A DNA stretch of 64,000 nucleotides from positions 133,770 to 197,769 of the forward strand of contig JAGQKV010000018.1 of NCBI GenBank assembly GCA_020429915.1. The letters are read 5' to 3'. Shown one piece after another: positions 34,883 to 44,914 of the stretch. The notes under the pieces are model-generated. The model was not told the origin of the DNA, did not search any database, and saw only the letters and a program-made list of their open reading frames with translations. Within the stretch, counting starts at the first letter, position 1; each line of letters begins with the position of its first letter. The stretch is from Candidatus Omnitrophota bacterium (GTDB lineage Bacteria > Omnitrophota > Gorgyraeia > Zapsychrales > Zapsychraceae). A program made the position numbers and the translations under genes.

Positions 34883-35881
34883 TCAGGCGCGGGGTTTCAC
34901 CAGATTGGCGGGGTCGACGTGGCCGGCGGCAAAGCCGGTGAGATTGGCGATGGTGGTCTCGGCGATATTATTCAAGGCCACATCCGTAAAAAAGGCTTGA
35001 TGGCCCGTGATGATCACATTGGGAAAAGTCAGCAGACGCGCGAAGACATCATCCTGGATGACACTGTCCGACAAATCCTCAAAGAAGAGGTCCGCTTCCT
35101 CTTCATAGACGTCCAGGCCGAGGTAGCCGATCCGCCCCGACTTCAACCCGTCGATAACGCTCTGGGTCTTAATCAGGCCGCCACGACTCGTATTGATGAT
35201 CATCACGCCGTCCTTCATACGGCCGACCGCTTCATCATCGATCAGATGATGCGTTGCCGGCAGCAGTGGCACATGCAAGGAAATGATATCGCATGTCGCG
35301 TACAGTTCATCCAGGCTCAGATAGGTCATGCCCATCGCCTCGCAAGCGGGATTGGGCCGGGTATCGTATCCGAAGAGGCGCATGGAGAATCCTTTAAGAA
35401 TACCGGCGGTCAGCTCGCCGATCTTCCCCGTTCCGATAATGCCGGCGCACTTTCCGTGCATCTCAAAACCCATCAACCCTTCCAGGGAGAAGTTTCCGTC
35501 CCGGATACGGTTATGGGCGCGGTAAATCTTGCGATTCAGGGCGAGCATCAGGGCCACGGCATGTTCGGCCACCCCGTGCGGTGAATAGGCCGGCACCCGG
35601 GCCACGGTAATCCCCAGTTCGGCGGCCGCCGGGATATCCACATTATTGAATCCGGCGCAGCGCAGCGCCAACAGGCGTATCCCGTTCTTTGCGAGTTGCT
35701 CCAGTATGACCCGGTCGGCCCGATCATTCACAAATACACACACGGCCTCGAAGTCGTGAAGGAGTTTCACGGTATGGGTGTTCAACGGCCATTCGAAAAA
35801 AGTAAGATCATGCCGGTGATCGTTGGCCTCTTTTAAAAACCGCCGGTCATAGGACTTGGTGCTGAATACGGCTGTCCGCAT
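34883..35881 (-). CDS. ldhA: D-isomer-specific 2-hydroxyacid dehydrogenase (D-lactate dehydrogenase-like)
   Basis: 332 aa; NAD motif GIIGTGKIG, catalytic R/E/H context ([24 protein letters not shown]), global LdhA-like. Confidence 0.85.
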   Translation of the reverse strand: MRTAVFSTKSYDRRFLKEANDHRHDLTFFEWPLNTHTVKLLHDFEAVCVFVNDRADRVILEQLAKNGIRLLALRCAGFNNVDIPAAAELGITVARVPAYSPHGVAEHAVALMLALNRKIYRAHNRIRDGNFSLEGLMGFEMHGKCAGIIGTGKIGELTAGILKGFSMRLFGYDTRPNPACEAMGMTYLSLDELYATCDIISLHVPLLPATHHLIDDEAVGRMKDGVMIINTSRGGLIKTQSVIDGLKSGRIGYLGLDVYEEEADLFFEDLSDSVIQDDVFARLLTFPNVIITGHQAFFTDVALNNIAETTIANLTGFAAGHVDPANLVKPRA

Positions 35882-35913
35882 CTCTGATTCCTTTGCGTCA
35901 GGGTCCCGGGTCG

Positions 35914-37596
35914 TCAGGGTGACGGGGAATGAATAAATTTCCTGGTGACTTCGTCAATATGCGGCATGGTGTCCAGGTGTCCGTATTTATCCAGCAATCC
36001 CTGCAGTAATTCATGCGTGGTATAAAAGCGGCCGTACTCCGTGTACAGAATCTGCTGCGTCTCCACAATCAGGTTGGACACCTGGTACGGGCTGATGATC
36101 TCGGTATCCACCAGCCGGTCGATCATGGCCTCCATTTCCTTCACCAGCGGATGATCGCCGGGGAGCAGTTCCTCCTCGTCAATCACTGCCAATTGATAGG
36201 GCGCCGCGAAAAACTTACCCACGCTGCGGGGATAGATCCGGGTACTGGGTTGGTTCAGTCCCGTCGGATTAATCAATATCGGATAATACGGGCCGATCTC
36301 AGCGTGCGCGATGTTGAGTTCGGGATTGATGAATAGCGAAAACGGACGGCCGTTGGTGGAGGCGAACGAATTAACGCTGACCAACGGCGCATAAATTCCC
36401 TTGGCGGTGTAACGCTCGCGGATGTAGTTCGCGTACTCCAGGATCATGTCCGGGTGGTGATTCATGATCAGGTAGCTCCCGGGGTTAATTCCGGACAGCC
36501 GGGGCACCTCTTCGGTCTTTCCGGTGATGATGTCCGTGACAAAAAAATCGATATGTCCGACGTTGACCTGGGAAAGAATCCGCCAGCTGAAACGTTCACC
36601 CAGCATGTTCCATTGCACCGGTCCCGGGATGAGAAAATGCCGAAGCGGGATCATCACCTGCAGAAATAAATACACACAGAAAAAGGCCCACGCCGGGCCG
36701 GGCACCCGCGCATCCTTGGCCGGCGCCGGAGGCGTATACGCGGCCCTCCCGCCTTTCGCTCCCCCCAGGTGTCGAATCCAGACGGGATTGACAAACAGGG
36801 CGGCCGTACTGATCATCAAAAACGGTAATATCGTCATGTCCAGATAATACTTGATGCCGATGTTAAAGGCGATGAGAATAATGAGCGCCAGGGGCCGCAA
36901 CGCGCGGATTGTCAACATGACCGCCAAGCACATGTCCGCCAGCAGGCCGATCACAACCGTCGCAAACACAAAGGCGTCTCCGGCCCCGGTGAAAAGCGAC
37001 TGGGCGACACGGCCGCTGAGCCATTCCCCGTTGATGCGATTCAATGCGCTGAAAAAATAAACGATGACCACCTGAGACCGGAAGAGAAACAGCGTCCAGC
37101 CGGGCAATACCGGCGCCGAGCCCTTGCGAAACAGAAGCCGGTCGGCGGCCCAAAAAGGCCCGGGCCCGGTCACCGTAAACAGCAGCAGAAACAACAAAAT
37201 GAGATAGTCATGATGCGCGTAGACCGCTTTCTCCAGCAAGAAAAGGTATCCCGAAGTGAATAACAGGACAGCGGCGGCCGCTCGCGTGAACAGTCCGATC
37301 ACCAGCAAACCGGCACCCGCCAGCATGATCCGGTGAATGACCAGCAACATCCCTGCGGTCGGCACCGGCAGGTGCAGCCACTGTCGCAAAGGAAAGGAAA
37401 AATGAAAATCGGAAGACAGGTAAAAAAGATTGAGGATCGCCGGTGTCCGGTAAAAGCTGAAATAGCCGATGAGGACCAATCCGAATAAAATGCGGAACAG
37501 CCCCAAATTCAGCGGATCCACCGGAGTCATTAAGCGGCGGCGGAGGTCGCTCAGAAATTCGCTGAGTCCTTCTTCCCGGTTTACCGTTTGGCCCAT
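35914..37596 (-). CDS. HTTM domain (vitamin K-dependent gamma-carboxylase-like) membrane protein with an additional C-terminal domain
   Basis: 560 aa. The N-terminus ([20 protein letters not shown]) is the hallmark start of HTTM (horizontally transferred transmembrane) domains. Multiple TM helices are followed by a ~250 aa soluble C-domain. Confidence 0.65.
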   Translation of the reverse strand: MGQTVNREEGLSEFLSDLRRRLMTPVDPLNLGLFRILFGLVLIGYFSFYRTPAILNLFYLSSDFHFSFPLRQWLHLPVPTAGMLLVIHRIMLAGAGLLVIGLFTRAAAAVLLFTSGYLFLLEKAVYAHHDYLILLFLLLFTVTGPGPFWAADRLLFRKGSAPVLPGWTLFLFRSQVVIVYFFSALNRINGEWLSGRVAQSLFTGAGDAFVFATVVIGLLADMCLAVMLTIRALRPLALIILIAFNIGIKYYLDMTILPFLMISTAALFVNPVWIRHLGGAKGGRAAYTPPAPAKDARVPGPAWAFFCVYLFLQVMIPLRHFLIPGPVQWNMLGERFSWRILSQVNVGHIDFFVTDIITGKTEEVPRLSGINPGSYLIMNHHPDMILEYANYIRERYTAKGIYAPLVSVNSFASTNGRPFSLFINPELNIAHAEIGPYYPILINPTGLNQPSTRIYPRSVGKFFAAPYQLAVIDEEELLPGDHPLVKEMEAMIDRLVDTEIISPYQVSNLIVETQQILYTEYGRFYTTHELLQGLLDKYGHLDTMPHIDEVTRKFIHSPSP

Positions 37597-37994
37597 AATC
37601 CCCTCTTGTGCTCCACCGCGTCGCGGTACAGCATTTCGAAAAGCTCATCATGCATGGTATTGGGCGGCGTGGACTTGGGCACCGCGTACCCGGCGTATAC
37701 CATGGTCGCGTTCAGATTGGTTTCGATCAAAAGCACGTAGGCCTGCCAGTTTCCCTGCGCGTCCTGCCGTTGTTCGTCGAATTCCAGTTTAACGCCCTTG
37801 CCCTCCACCAAATCCCGCAGAAAGCGGTCCGATTCGGCCTGATCCGTATCAATCCCGATCAGCGAGACCGTCTTGTTATTCGACAACAGCAGCGTGTGAC
37901 CGTTAATGACTTTATCGACGCGGAAGATATCCGCAGCCGCGGCGGTTTGAGCCAGCACGCCCATGGCGAACAGCATCAGGAGCAGGCGTTTCAT
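37581..37994 (-). CDS. Secreted thermonuclease (SNase-like) family protein
   Basis: 137 aa; signal peptide (MKRLLLMLFAMGVLAQTAAA); IGIDTDQAE is equivalent to the SNase GIDTPE site; C-terminal ...YVLLIETNLNATMVYAGYA...RGLW. Confidence 0.65.
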   Translation of the reverse strand: MKRLLLMLFAMGVLAQTAAAADIFRVDKVINGHTLLLSNNKTVSLIGIDTDQAESDRFLRDLVEGKGVKLEFDEQRQDAQGNWQAYVLLIETNLNATMVYAGYAVPKSTPPNTMHDELFEMLYRDAVEHKRGLWAKR

Positions 37995-38045
37995 GTCACC
38001 ATTCTAGCCTCTGATGACGCTCTCGGCAAGGCGTATATTGGTTGT

Positions 38046-38519
38046 CTAATTGCGGATATGACGTTTGAGGCGGAAGAAATCCGAAAGGATGTGTGAACAT
38101 TCGCCGCGCAGGATGCCCTGCTCCACCGCTAGGCGGTGATTGAGGGCCTTGTGATTAACCAGGTTCATTTGCGTCCCGCAGGCCCCGGCCTTGGGATCTT
38201 CCGCGGCAAAGACCAGGCGCGCCAATCGCGCCAGGACCAGGGCACCGGCACACATCGGGCACGGCTCCAGCGTCACGTATATCGTACAATCGGTAAGCCA
38301 CTTGGTATTCAGAGTACTCACGGCCTGAGTGATCGCGATCATCTCGGCGTGCGCGGTGGGATCCTTGAGGGTTTCCACTTGATTGTGCGCACGGGCGATG
38401 ATCTGCTGCTCGTGGACGATGACCGCGCCGACCGGGACTTCATCCTGTTCGTACGCCTCGCGGGCTGCGTTCAAGGCCTGTGCCATGAAGAATTCGTCGC
38501 CGGCGTAACTGAGGCTCAT
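38046..38519 (-). CDS. tadA: tRNA-specific adenosine deaminase TadA
   Basis: 157 aa; CDA zinc motifs HAEMIAI and PCPMCAGAL; N-terminal FMAQALNAAREAYEQDEVPVGAVIV. Its start overlaps the upstream kinase stop (4 nt). Confidence 0.9.
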   Translation of the reverse strand: MSLSYAGDEFFMAQALNAAREAYEQDEVPVGAVIVHEQQIIARAHNQVETLKDPTAHAEMIAITQAVSTLNTKWLTDCTIYVTLEPCPMCAGALVLARLARLVFAAEDPKAGACGTQMNLVNHKALNHRLAVEQGILRGECSHILSDFFRLKRHIRN

Positions 38520-39685
38520 TTTTTTCCCAGCGGTTTGTCGTAGATCGGCAGCAACAGCTTGACCCGGGTCCCGGAGCGTCGGTTGCTGGTGATGGAAATG
38601 CTTCCCTGGAATGACTTGATGATCGAATAGGCGATGGCCAACCCGAGACCGGAGCTTTTCTCAAGACCGCGCTCCTTGGTCGTGAAGAACGGATCGAAGA
38701 CGCGGGCCAAATCGTCACGGGAGATGCCGATCCCGTCGTCCAGACATTCGATACGGATCTGGTTGGATTTCTTGAGGTATGAGGTCCGGACTTCAACCCG
38801 CCCTCCCTTGTTGACGGCTTGCAAGGAGTTCGTCAGGACTTTAATGATCACCTGTCCCAACTCGATCTCCCCGATGGCTGCCGGCGGCAGACGCGGGGAC
38901 AGCTTGGTATTGATCGTCCCGTCGATACGGATAATCCCGTCGCGCACCGACTGCAGGGATTCGCGGACCACCTTGTTGACGTCGCTGTAATTGCGCCGTA
39001 GGCCGATCTTGCGTTTGCTGATATTGATCAGACGGTCGGTCGTGTCGAAACAATACTGGGCTTGGTCACGCATATTCTCCAGCGTTTCGAAGATATGGAC
39101 GAACTCTTTGTACCCGATGTATTCAAACTCCCGGGCCTTGTATAGTTTGATCAGCTTGTCGATCTGTTTGACCAACCCTTCAAGTGGATAGTGGATTTCG
39201 TGAGTGGTCCCCGAGATAAAGTTCTGCACCGCGCTCATCTTGGCGGATTCGCGCGCAATGGCCTCCAGTTGCTCGCGCTCGGATATGTCGCGTACCGAGA
39301 CCAAAAACTGTACGACCTTCTTCTCGCGTGCCACCGGCGAGGCGGTGAATTCGATCGGCCGCACCCGCTTGAGCGAATCACGGATGTGAAGATTGTCGCG
39401 GATGGCCACATCACCGAGCTTGACCTTGCTGAAGTAGCGCTTGGCCCGCTGGCGGGATTCGCGGTCCAGGAAAATCATGAAGTGTTTTCCCAAAACCTGC
39501 TTGGCGGGCAGTTTCAACAGATCCCGGGCGGCCCGGTTGGCATACAAAATCTCCCCCTGGAGATTGATGGTAAATATCCCGTCCGCAGCCTGTTCGACAA
39601 GCTGTTGATAAAATCCTTCTAGTTTTCCGTTGATACGATACGACTTGGTGGGGATGATCTGCGGGTTCAGCCGGCTAACGTTCAT
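38516..39685 (-). CDS. Cytoplasmic PAS-domain sensor histidine kinase
   Basis: 389 aa with no TM. PAS (GIFTINLQGEILYANRAARDLL), an H-box region (TTHEIHYPLEGL) and HATPase_c (G1/G2 boxes: LDDGIGI..., GLGLAIAYSII). Confidence 0.8.
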   Translation of the reverse strand: MNVSRLNPQIIPTKSYRINGKLEGFYQQLVEQAADGIFTINLQGEILYANRAARDLLKLPAKQVLGKHFMIFLDRESRQRAKRYFSKVKLGDVAIRDNLHIRDSLKRVRPIEFTASPVAREKKVVQFLVSVRDISEREQLEAIARESAKMSAVQNFISGTTHEIHYPLEGLVKQIDKLIKLYKAREFEYIGYKEFVHIFETLENMRDQAQYCFDTTDRLINISKRKIGLRRNYSDVNKVVRESLQSVRDGIIRIDGTINTKLSPRLPPAAIGEIELGQVIIKVLTNSLQAVNKGGRVEVRTSYLKKSNQIRIECLDDGIGISRDDLARVFDPFFTTKERGLEKSSGLGLAIAYSIIKSFQGSISITSNRRSGTRVKLLLPIYDKPLGKK

Positions 39686-39783
39686 CGAGTCATAATTACC
39701 TTCGTCCTGTTTACGGCCCCGCTGGGGTCGGGGTCCGATGGGGAATCCAACGTCACCGCGGCGCGCCGGCCGGCGGTGTGATG

Positions 39784-39857
39784 TGCGCCCGGGAGGATTC
39801 GAACCTCCAACCTTCTGTTCCGTAGACAGATGATCTATCCAATTGATCTACGGGCGC
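39784..39857 (-). tRNA. tRNA-Arg (anticodon ACG)
   Basis: Reverse complement: GCGCCCGtaGATCaattggataGATCaTCTGTctACGgaACAGAaggttGGAGGttcgaatCCTCCCGGGCGCa, a 74 nt cloverleaf with a 7 bp acceptor stem and anticodon loop CTACGGA. Confidence 0.85.
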
Positions 39858-40010
39858 AACAAAATCTTGTCATATTCAGGCACAAAACGGGGCCGGCTCC
39901 GGTCCGAAACCGGGCGGTAAAAGTCTGCCGCCGTCTGCATATTAGCCAGTATTATATCAGCGATTATTGTTTTGGCAAGCGGCATATCAGGCATTTCCGC
40001 CGCGACCGGA

Positions 40011-43000
40011 TCACCAGAAGATCGCCTTGTTCTTGCGGTTCAAGACATGGGCGATGAGCTTCTTGCGCTGCGGTTTGACCCCGATCATGAAAATGGTGTG
40101 ATTGCGCAGCTTCAGATGCCCGAGCGTGGTCTGCTGATCCATAAAGTCGTAGCTGAGCCAATTCAACTGTTTGCGGTAACGTTGATTCTCCTCCGGCGAA
40201 TAAAATCTGAGTCCGCTGTAGCGGGCCAGGTTCAGCCCGGCCGAGGACTTTTCCCACTGCCGGCGCACAATGGTCAAAACCTTGGAGACCAGCCGCTTAT
40301 TGTGCAGTTTGGAGTGCAGGCTGACCGGACGCACCACGTATTGCCCGTCCGGGTACAACATGACGATGGTTTTCAGGTGATTGTTTCCGCCCACCGCGCG
40401 GATCGACTTGGCAAGGTCGGCGGCCCACTTCTTCTGATTGACGACGGTATCCAGGGTGGTCATATCAAAGAGAAACGCGACCTTGACTTCCTCCTCATGC
40501 ACGCGCGTGCGCACCATGGCCTCACCCGTGGTCGACCGGGCCGTAACGTTCCAGTCGATCATGCGGATGTCGTCGCCGGGGACGTATTTGTCCAGTCGGT
40601 CGAAATCACTACCCTGCTCCATTGCCTTGGCCAGCCGTGCCATGTCCATCCAGCGCCCGCCGTAGTTCAGCCGGGTATGGCCGAGTACCTTGTCAAGGAA
40701 GGCCATGACCCAGTCCTGGATCTGCTCGAAGTCAATGGCCGCCCGGTTCACCGACTCGACCACGGCGGGATCCCGCTGCTCGTACTCCTTCATGATCCGG
40801 TCCAGCTGATCGGAGAGCTTGTGCGTGGGGGTATTCGCCGGGCTTTGGGTGACCAGTTTGAGGATTTTGCGGTTATACTTCTCGCGCTCGGCAAACGGCC
40901 GCTGTTTCCAAAACAGCCATGGATGCCGGGCCAAATACGGCCCGAGAAACGGCAGATAGAACAGCAGCAGATGAAATTCGTTGCGGATCACCGATCGGTC
41001 CGGGATCGCCGGCGCCACGGCCAGTCCGGCATGGAACATAAACCGTTCGCGATTCGAAGACGTCAACCGGAACAGATCGATCTTGCGCTGGAACAATTCC
41101 CCTTTGTCGTAAGCGGAATCGTATATGGAATGGAGCAGCTCCTGTGCGGCATGCAGGTGGCGTTGTCCTCTACGCGCACCGCGGTCACTGGGCAGCGTCC
41201 GGAACATGCGGTCGATAATCTTTAAGGGCGGACGGCCCCGTGTCTTGTAGTTCCGGTACGGCGAAGCCAAGAAGTGAATCAGGACGGCTAACGCTTCAAA
41301 CAGGAAAAAGACGATGACAGCACGGATCAGGGCGGCCCGGCGCAGCGCCGCCGAATCATCGGCTGGCCCTTCCCCGTCCCGGATAAAACGCGGTCCGTCG
41401 CCGGTGGCGAACAATCCGGCCAACCCCGAAGTGACATCAATCACTTCCTTTTGCGGTGAACCGTGAACCCCGTAGACAATCTCTTCGGTATTGGTAAAGA
41501 CGGTGCGGTAACTGGCCGGTTCGGCCGTGATCAGGTATTTAGGCTGATTACGGCACATCAAGATCCCCAACTGCCGTAGTTGCTCATCGTTCAGGCCGTT
41601 CAACTGCATCCAAATCCAGTCGATCCGCTTCTTCTCGAACCGGTTGGTAATCAGCGGTTGATCAAAGCCTTTGACCTCATTCAGATAGGTAATCGTCCCG
41701 TTCAGGATCCCCTTGGCCGACTGGACATAACTGTCCCGCCGGTCCCCGTGTAGAATCAGTTTGAAAACATGCCGTTGCAAGTAATTCTTGGGATGATCGC
41801 TGAAAATCAGCGGGAATAACACGGCGTTGACCTCCACATTCGGAGGTACAGGCTGACCGGCGAATGTATACTGCATGTAATCCACGACATGTCCGAGCTC
41901 ATGCCAAGCGGTCCAGTACGGCCGGGTCGACAGCGAGGTAAACACGATCGCGAACTCCCCTTCGAAGAAACCGGCCTTACCCTTGAACGGATAATTCTCG
42001 CCGGACATGAAGTAGGCCTGCAGACGCTGATTGCTGATATCGTCGTACCAGAACGGATCCATCCCCAGCTTCTGAAGGTCTTCTTTCTTCAAGAGCATCG
42101 TCTTTTCAATCCGGTCCGGATACAGAAACACGTACGGTGTCGCCTCCCTGATCACCAGAAACAGATGCGGATAAACGTTGCCGCGTATCAAAAGCCGCCG
42201 CAGCTCCAGCATCTGCTCACGCAGGTCCGACTCCATGATATGCCGCTTCCGATACAAACCGTTGAGCGCCTCCAGCACGTTCAACATCTCCGGATCGACG
42301 AGAAAACCCGCGCGGTACATATCCCGTTGCATCTGGGGATCGGTCTGCCCCTTGGCCAGCAGGATCAAGTAATCTTTCAGGATAAAATCCGCCAGGATTT
42401 CATGCTTATTGGCACGGCGGTACAGACCGCCGTCGACAAAGTTGGCGAGTTTCTTCTGAAATTCCGGGACCGAGACATTGACGTCCGTGTTGATAATTTC
42501 ATTCTCAAAGTAAGCCATCTTTTCGTTGGCGTGCGGAATCATTTTGAAAACTTGGACGACGTCGTGCCACGCCCACTTCAGGTGGCGCATAATCACGCGG
42601 TTCCCTCCGGTAGCGTACATCGCGTTCACGAACAGGAAAGCCGCCACCGCGACCACGGTTACTGAAAGCAGCCGCCGGCGCTGTTGAATCTTTTCAAAAG
42701 AACGGACCTCGCCCAGCATGCCGCCTGCCTCTTCGCCTACTCCGTCCGGAGACCCGGATCGCAGCCTGGGCGTGTAGCCGTGCAGGATGTCACGAATGAA
42801 TTCCCGGATCTTGCGCAACAATGTACCCCTCTGGCCGGCATCAAAGTCCGCGACTTGCTTCTCGATTTCCTTGAGAGATGAGTGCGCATAAAGGATGGTG
42901 TTAAACAACTCCCGCAGGCGATGATGCTCGCGGCGGTACGTCCGTTTGATCAACCCGCGGATCCGCTCCATGTAAAGTTCCAGATAATCCAGACGCTGTT

Positions 43001-43499
43001 TGGGACTGACTTTTTGGTCCAGATACTTCAGGCGCAGGTCGAGCACGTGTCTCTGAAAGATCTCACCGGATTGCTCGTACACCGCGGCAAACGCGGCCGC
43101 CGCATGCTGTTGCAGCCGCCGTAGATACCATTTATGACGGATCTCGCGTCTGATCTCAAAGGTGGCGTCGTGATCGAGCCAGGCGCCCAGATACAGCAAC
43201 AAAATCTGGCGCGCGGCCTGATGCGTCCGGACGATTTCATCGTGGTATTCGACCAAGACATCGGGATATCCGCTGGGCAGGTTGGCGGCATGACGCTGTT
43301 GCCCGCGGACGAATCTGTCCAGGTGTCGAAAATCACGGTTAAGCCTTTTATAGAGACGCAGGGCCTCGCGAAAATCAGCGGGGTAAACGGTGAGGTGTTG
43401 TTTGTAGGCGATTTCGAGCCGGCGGATCCGCTTAATCGTCGTTAAACGGGATAGCGAGGCGCCCTGCTCGAGCACAAGATATTGGGTGGGGATCACCAT
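40011..43499 (-). CDS. Large membrane protein (1162 aa) fusing a HExxH metalloprotease-like region (WHELGHVVDY) to a C-terminal DUF58 domain
   Basis: C-terminal ~300 aa: RLDKYVPGDDIRMIDWNVTARSTTGEAMVRTRVHEEEVKVAFLFDMTT is the DUF58 signature (Y.PGDD.R.IDW..TAR). Upstream are a HELGH zincin motif flanked by hydrophobic helices (LLSVTVVAVAAFLFVNAMY; AALIRAVIVFFLFEALAVLIHFL) and a charged, probably coiled N-terminal region. Confidence 0.7.
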   Translation of the reverse strand: MVIPTQYLVLEQGASLSRLTTIKRIRRLEIAYKQHLTVYPADFREALRLYKRLNRDFRHLDRFVRGQQRHAANLPSGYPDVLVEYHDEIVRTHQAARQILLLYLGAWLDHDATFEIRREIRHKWYLRRLQQHAAAAFAAVYEQSGEIFQRHVLDLRLKYLDQKVSPKQRLDYLELYMERIRGLIKRTYRREHHRLRELFNTILYAHSSLKEIEKQVADFDAGQRGTLLRKIREFIRDILHGYTPRLRSGSPDGVGEEAGGMLGEVRSFEKIQQRRRLLSVTVVAVAAFLFVNAMYATGGNRVIMRHLKWAWHDVVQVFKMIPHANEKMAYFENEIINTDVNVSVPEFQKKLANFVDGGLYRRANKHEILADFILKDYLILLAKGQTDPQMQRDMYRAGFLVDPEMLNVLEALNGLYRKRHIMESDLREQMLELRRLLIRGNVYPHLFLVIREATPYVFLYPDRIEKTMLLKKEDLQKLGMDPFWYDDISNQRLQAYFMSGENYPFKGKAGFFEGEFAIVFTSLSTRPYWTAWHELGHVVDYMQYTFAGQPVPPNVEVNAVLFPLIFSDHPKNYLQRHVFKLILHGDRRDSYVQSAKGILNGTITYLNEVKGFDQPLITNRFEKKRIDWIWMQLNGLNDEQLRQLGILMCRNQPKYLITAEPASYRTVFTNTEEIVYGVHGSPQKEVIDVTSGLAGLFATGDGPRFIRDGEGPADDSAALRRAALIRAVIVFFLFEALAVLIHFLASPYRNYKTRGRPPLKIIDRMFRTLPSDRGARRGQRHLHAAQELLHSIYDSAYDKGELFQRKIDLFRLTSSNRERFMFHAGLAVAPAIPDRSVIRNEFHLLLFYLPFLGPYLARHPWLFWKQRPFAEREKYNRKILKLVTQSPANTPTHKLSDQLDRIMKEYEQRDPAVVESVNRAAIDFEQIQDWVMAFLDKVLGHTRLNYGGRWMDMARLAKAMEQGSDFDRLDKYVPGDDIRMIDWNVTARSTTGEAMVRTRVHEEEVKVAFLFDMTTLDTVVNQKKWAADLAKSIRAVGGNNHLKTIVMLYPDGQYVVRPVSLHSKLHNKRLVSKVLTIVRRQWEKSSAGLNLARYSGLRFYSPEENQRYRKQLNWLSYDFMDQQTTLGHLKLRNHTIFMIGVKPQRKKLIAHVLNRKNKAIFW

Positions 43500-43536
43500 G
43501 GCAGCTTTGGCCGGGGCTGCGGACCGGCGGCCGGCC

Positions 43537-44904
43537 TTAACGGTCGGCGCTCTTCAGCAGCTCGTTTCGGTCGAAGCCAAGTTGCTCGACGGCCTCATTA
43601 GGGTTCTCGGAGTAATGGCGGCAGAATGTGGAGACCTCCACCATGGTCGTCATCCCCTGCTCATCGAGATGCTTCAGCAGGAATGACCTCAGTAGATGCT
43701 CCTTCATGATATCCTTGGCCGTCAGTCCGGATTGTTGCGCCAGCCGGTCACGAAACACGGTACTCGGATTCATCTGCACCATTTTCTTGGAATCGTAGTC
43801 GAACTTGTACACTTGAGACAGCAGGATCTTAACCTGCTCCATCCCGCTGGTTTCGCTGACTTCGTCGACGACGCGAAACAGCCGGTCCCCGATGTGGTAT
43901 CGTTTCAGCACCACAAACACATCAATCAGGTTGACGAGCATCTCGGGGATGTTCATCGGTTCGTTTTGCAGACGAATAATGGCCTCGCGCGAGGTCAACG
44001 CGTGGATCGTCCCCATACAGTACTTTCCGATGTTACAGGCGGTGATCATATCGGTGGCCTCTTCCCCGCGGACCTCCCCGACGATAATCCGTTCGGGACG
44101 CATGCGCAGGCTGTTTTTAACAAGATCAGCCAGACTGATTTCATCATCACTCTCCAGGCGGGAACAGCTGTCTTCCATGAACGTATTCAGCTCCAACGTA
44201 TCCTCAATAACGACAATCCGGTGACCGTTGGGAATAAAACTCAGCAAGGCGTTCAGGATGGTCGTTTTGCCGACACCGGGACCCCCGGCGATAATCATGT
44301 TGGCCGGCCGGATATTCATCCCTTCCAGATACAGCCAAAGCTGGGCGGCGACCTCATGGCTCATCGCGCCGGTATGAATCAGGTCCATAATGCTCAGGGG
44401 CGTCACCTTGGCCTTGGTGATGGTCAGCTGCGGGCCGAACGGGGACAGCGCAATATTGACCCGACCTTCCAGATTGGGCAACTCGATATTGACGATCTTG
44501 GTCAAATGCTTCTTGTTGCAAAACATCAACAGCTTGCGTATGAACAGGTCAATCTCTTTCTGACTGCCGAACTTCTTGCCCGTGGAAACAAACCCTTTTT
44601 GACCGTGGTGTATGTAAATCGGTTTGAGGTTATTGATGACGATATCTTCCACAAAGCCGTCGCACAGCATATCGGTCAGAATTCCGTAGGATAGAAAATC
44701 CTTGATGAACGCGATCCGCTCCTCCGCCCGTTGGAGCCTTTCCTTCATATTCGGGAACTCATTGGCGTCCAGGATCCCCTGCAGCTCCTTCTCCACCAAA
44801 GCTTCCTTCTCCTCGGCAGGCTGCAACAGATTGATTTGACCCTGCAATTTCTCAACAAGGCGATACTCAAGTTCGATTCGATTGTCCCTAAATTCCGCAA
44901 GCGA
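43537..44904 (-). CDS. Secretion-superfamily ATPase, CpaF/TadA/FlaI (VirB11-like) type
   Basis: Start MSLAEFRD at 44902-44904, 10 nt after the M16 gene. Walker A IAGGPGVGKTTILNAL, Asp box / Walker B RIIVGEVRGEEA, His box GTIHAL. The first ~50 aa of the ORF track entry are antisense read-through and are excluded. Confidence 0.8.
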   Translation of the reverse strand, partial: SLAEFRDNRIELEYRLVEKLQGQINLLQPAEEKEALVEKELQGILDANEFPNMKERLQRAEERIAFIKDFLSYGILTDMLCDGFVEDIVINNLKPIYIHHGQKGFVSTGKKFGSQKEIDLFIRKLLMFCNKKHLTKIVNIELPNLEGRVNIALSPFGPQLTITKAKVTPLSIMDLIHTGAMSHEVAAQLWLYLEGMNIRPANMIIAGGPGVGKTTILNALLSFIPNGHRIVVIEDTLELNTFMEDSCSRLESDDEISLADLVKNSLRMRPERIIVGEVRGEEATDMITACNIGKYCMGTIHALTSREAIIRLQNEPMNIPEMLVNLIDVFVVLKRYHIGDRLFRVVDEVSETSGMEQVKILLSQVYKFDYDSKKMVQMNPSTVFRDRLAQQSGLTAKDIMKEHLLRSFLLKHLDEQGMTTMVEVSTFCRHYSENPNEAVEQLGFDRNELLKSADR

Positions 44905-44914
44905 CATAACGCAT

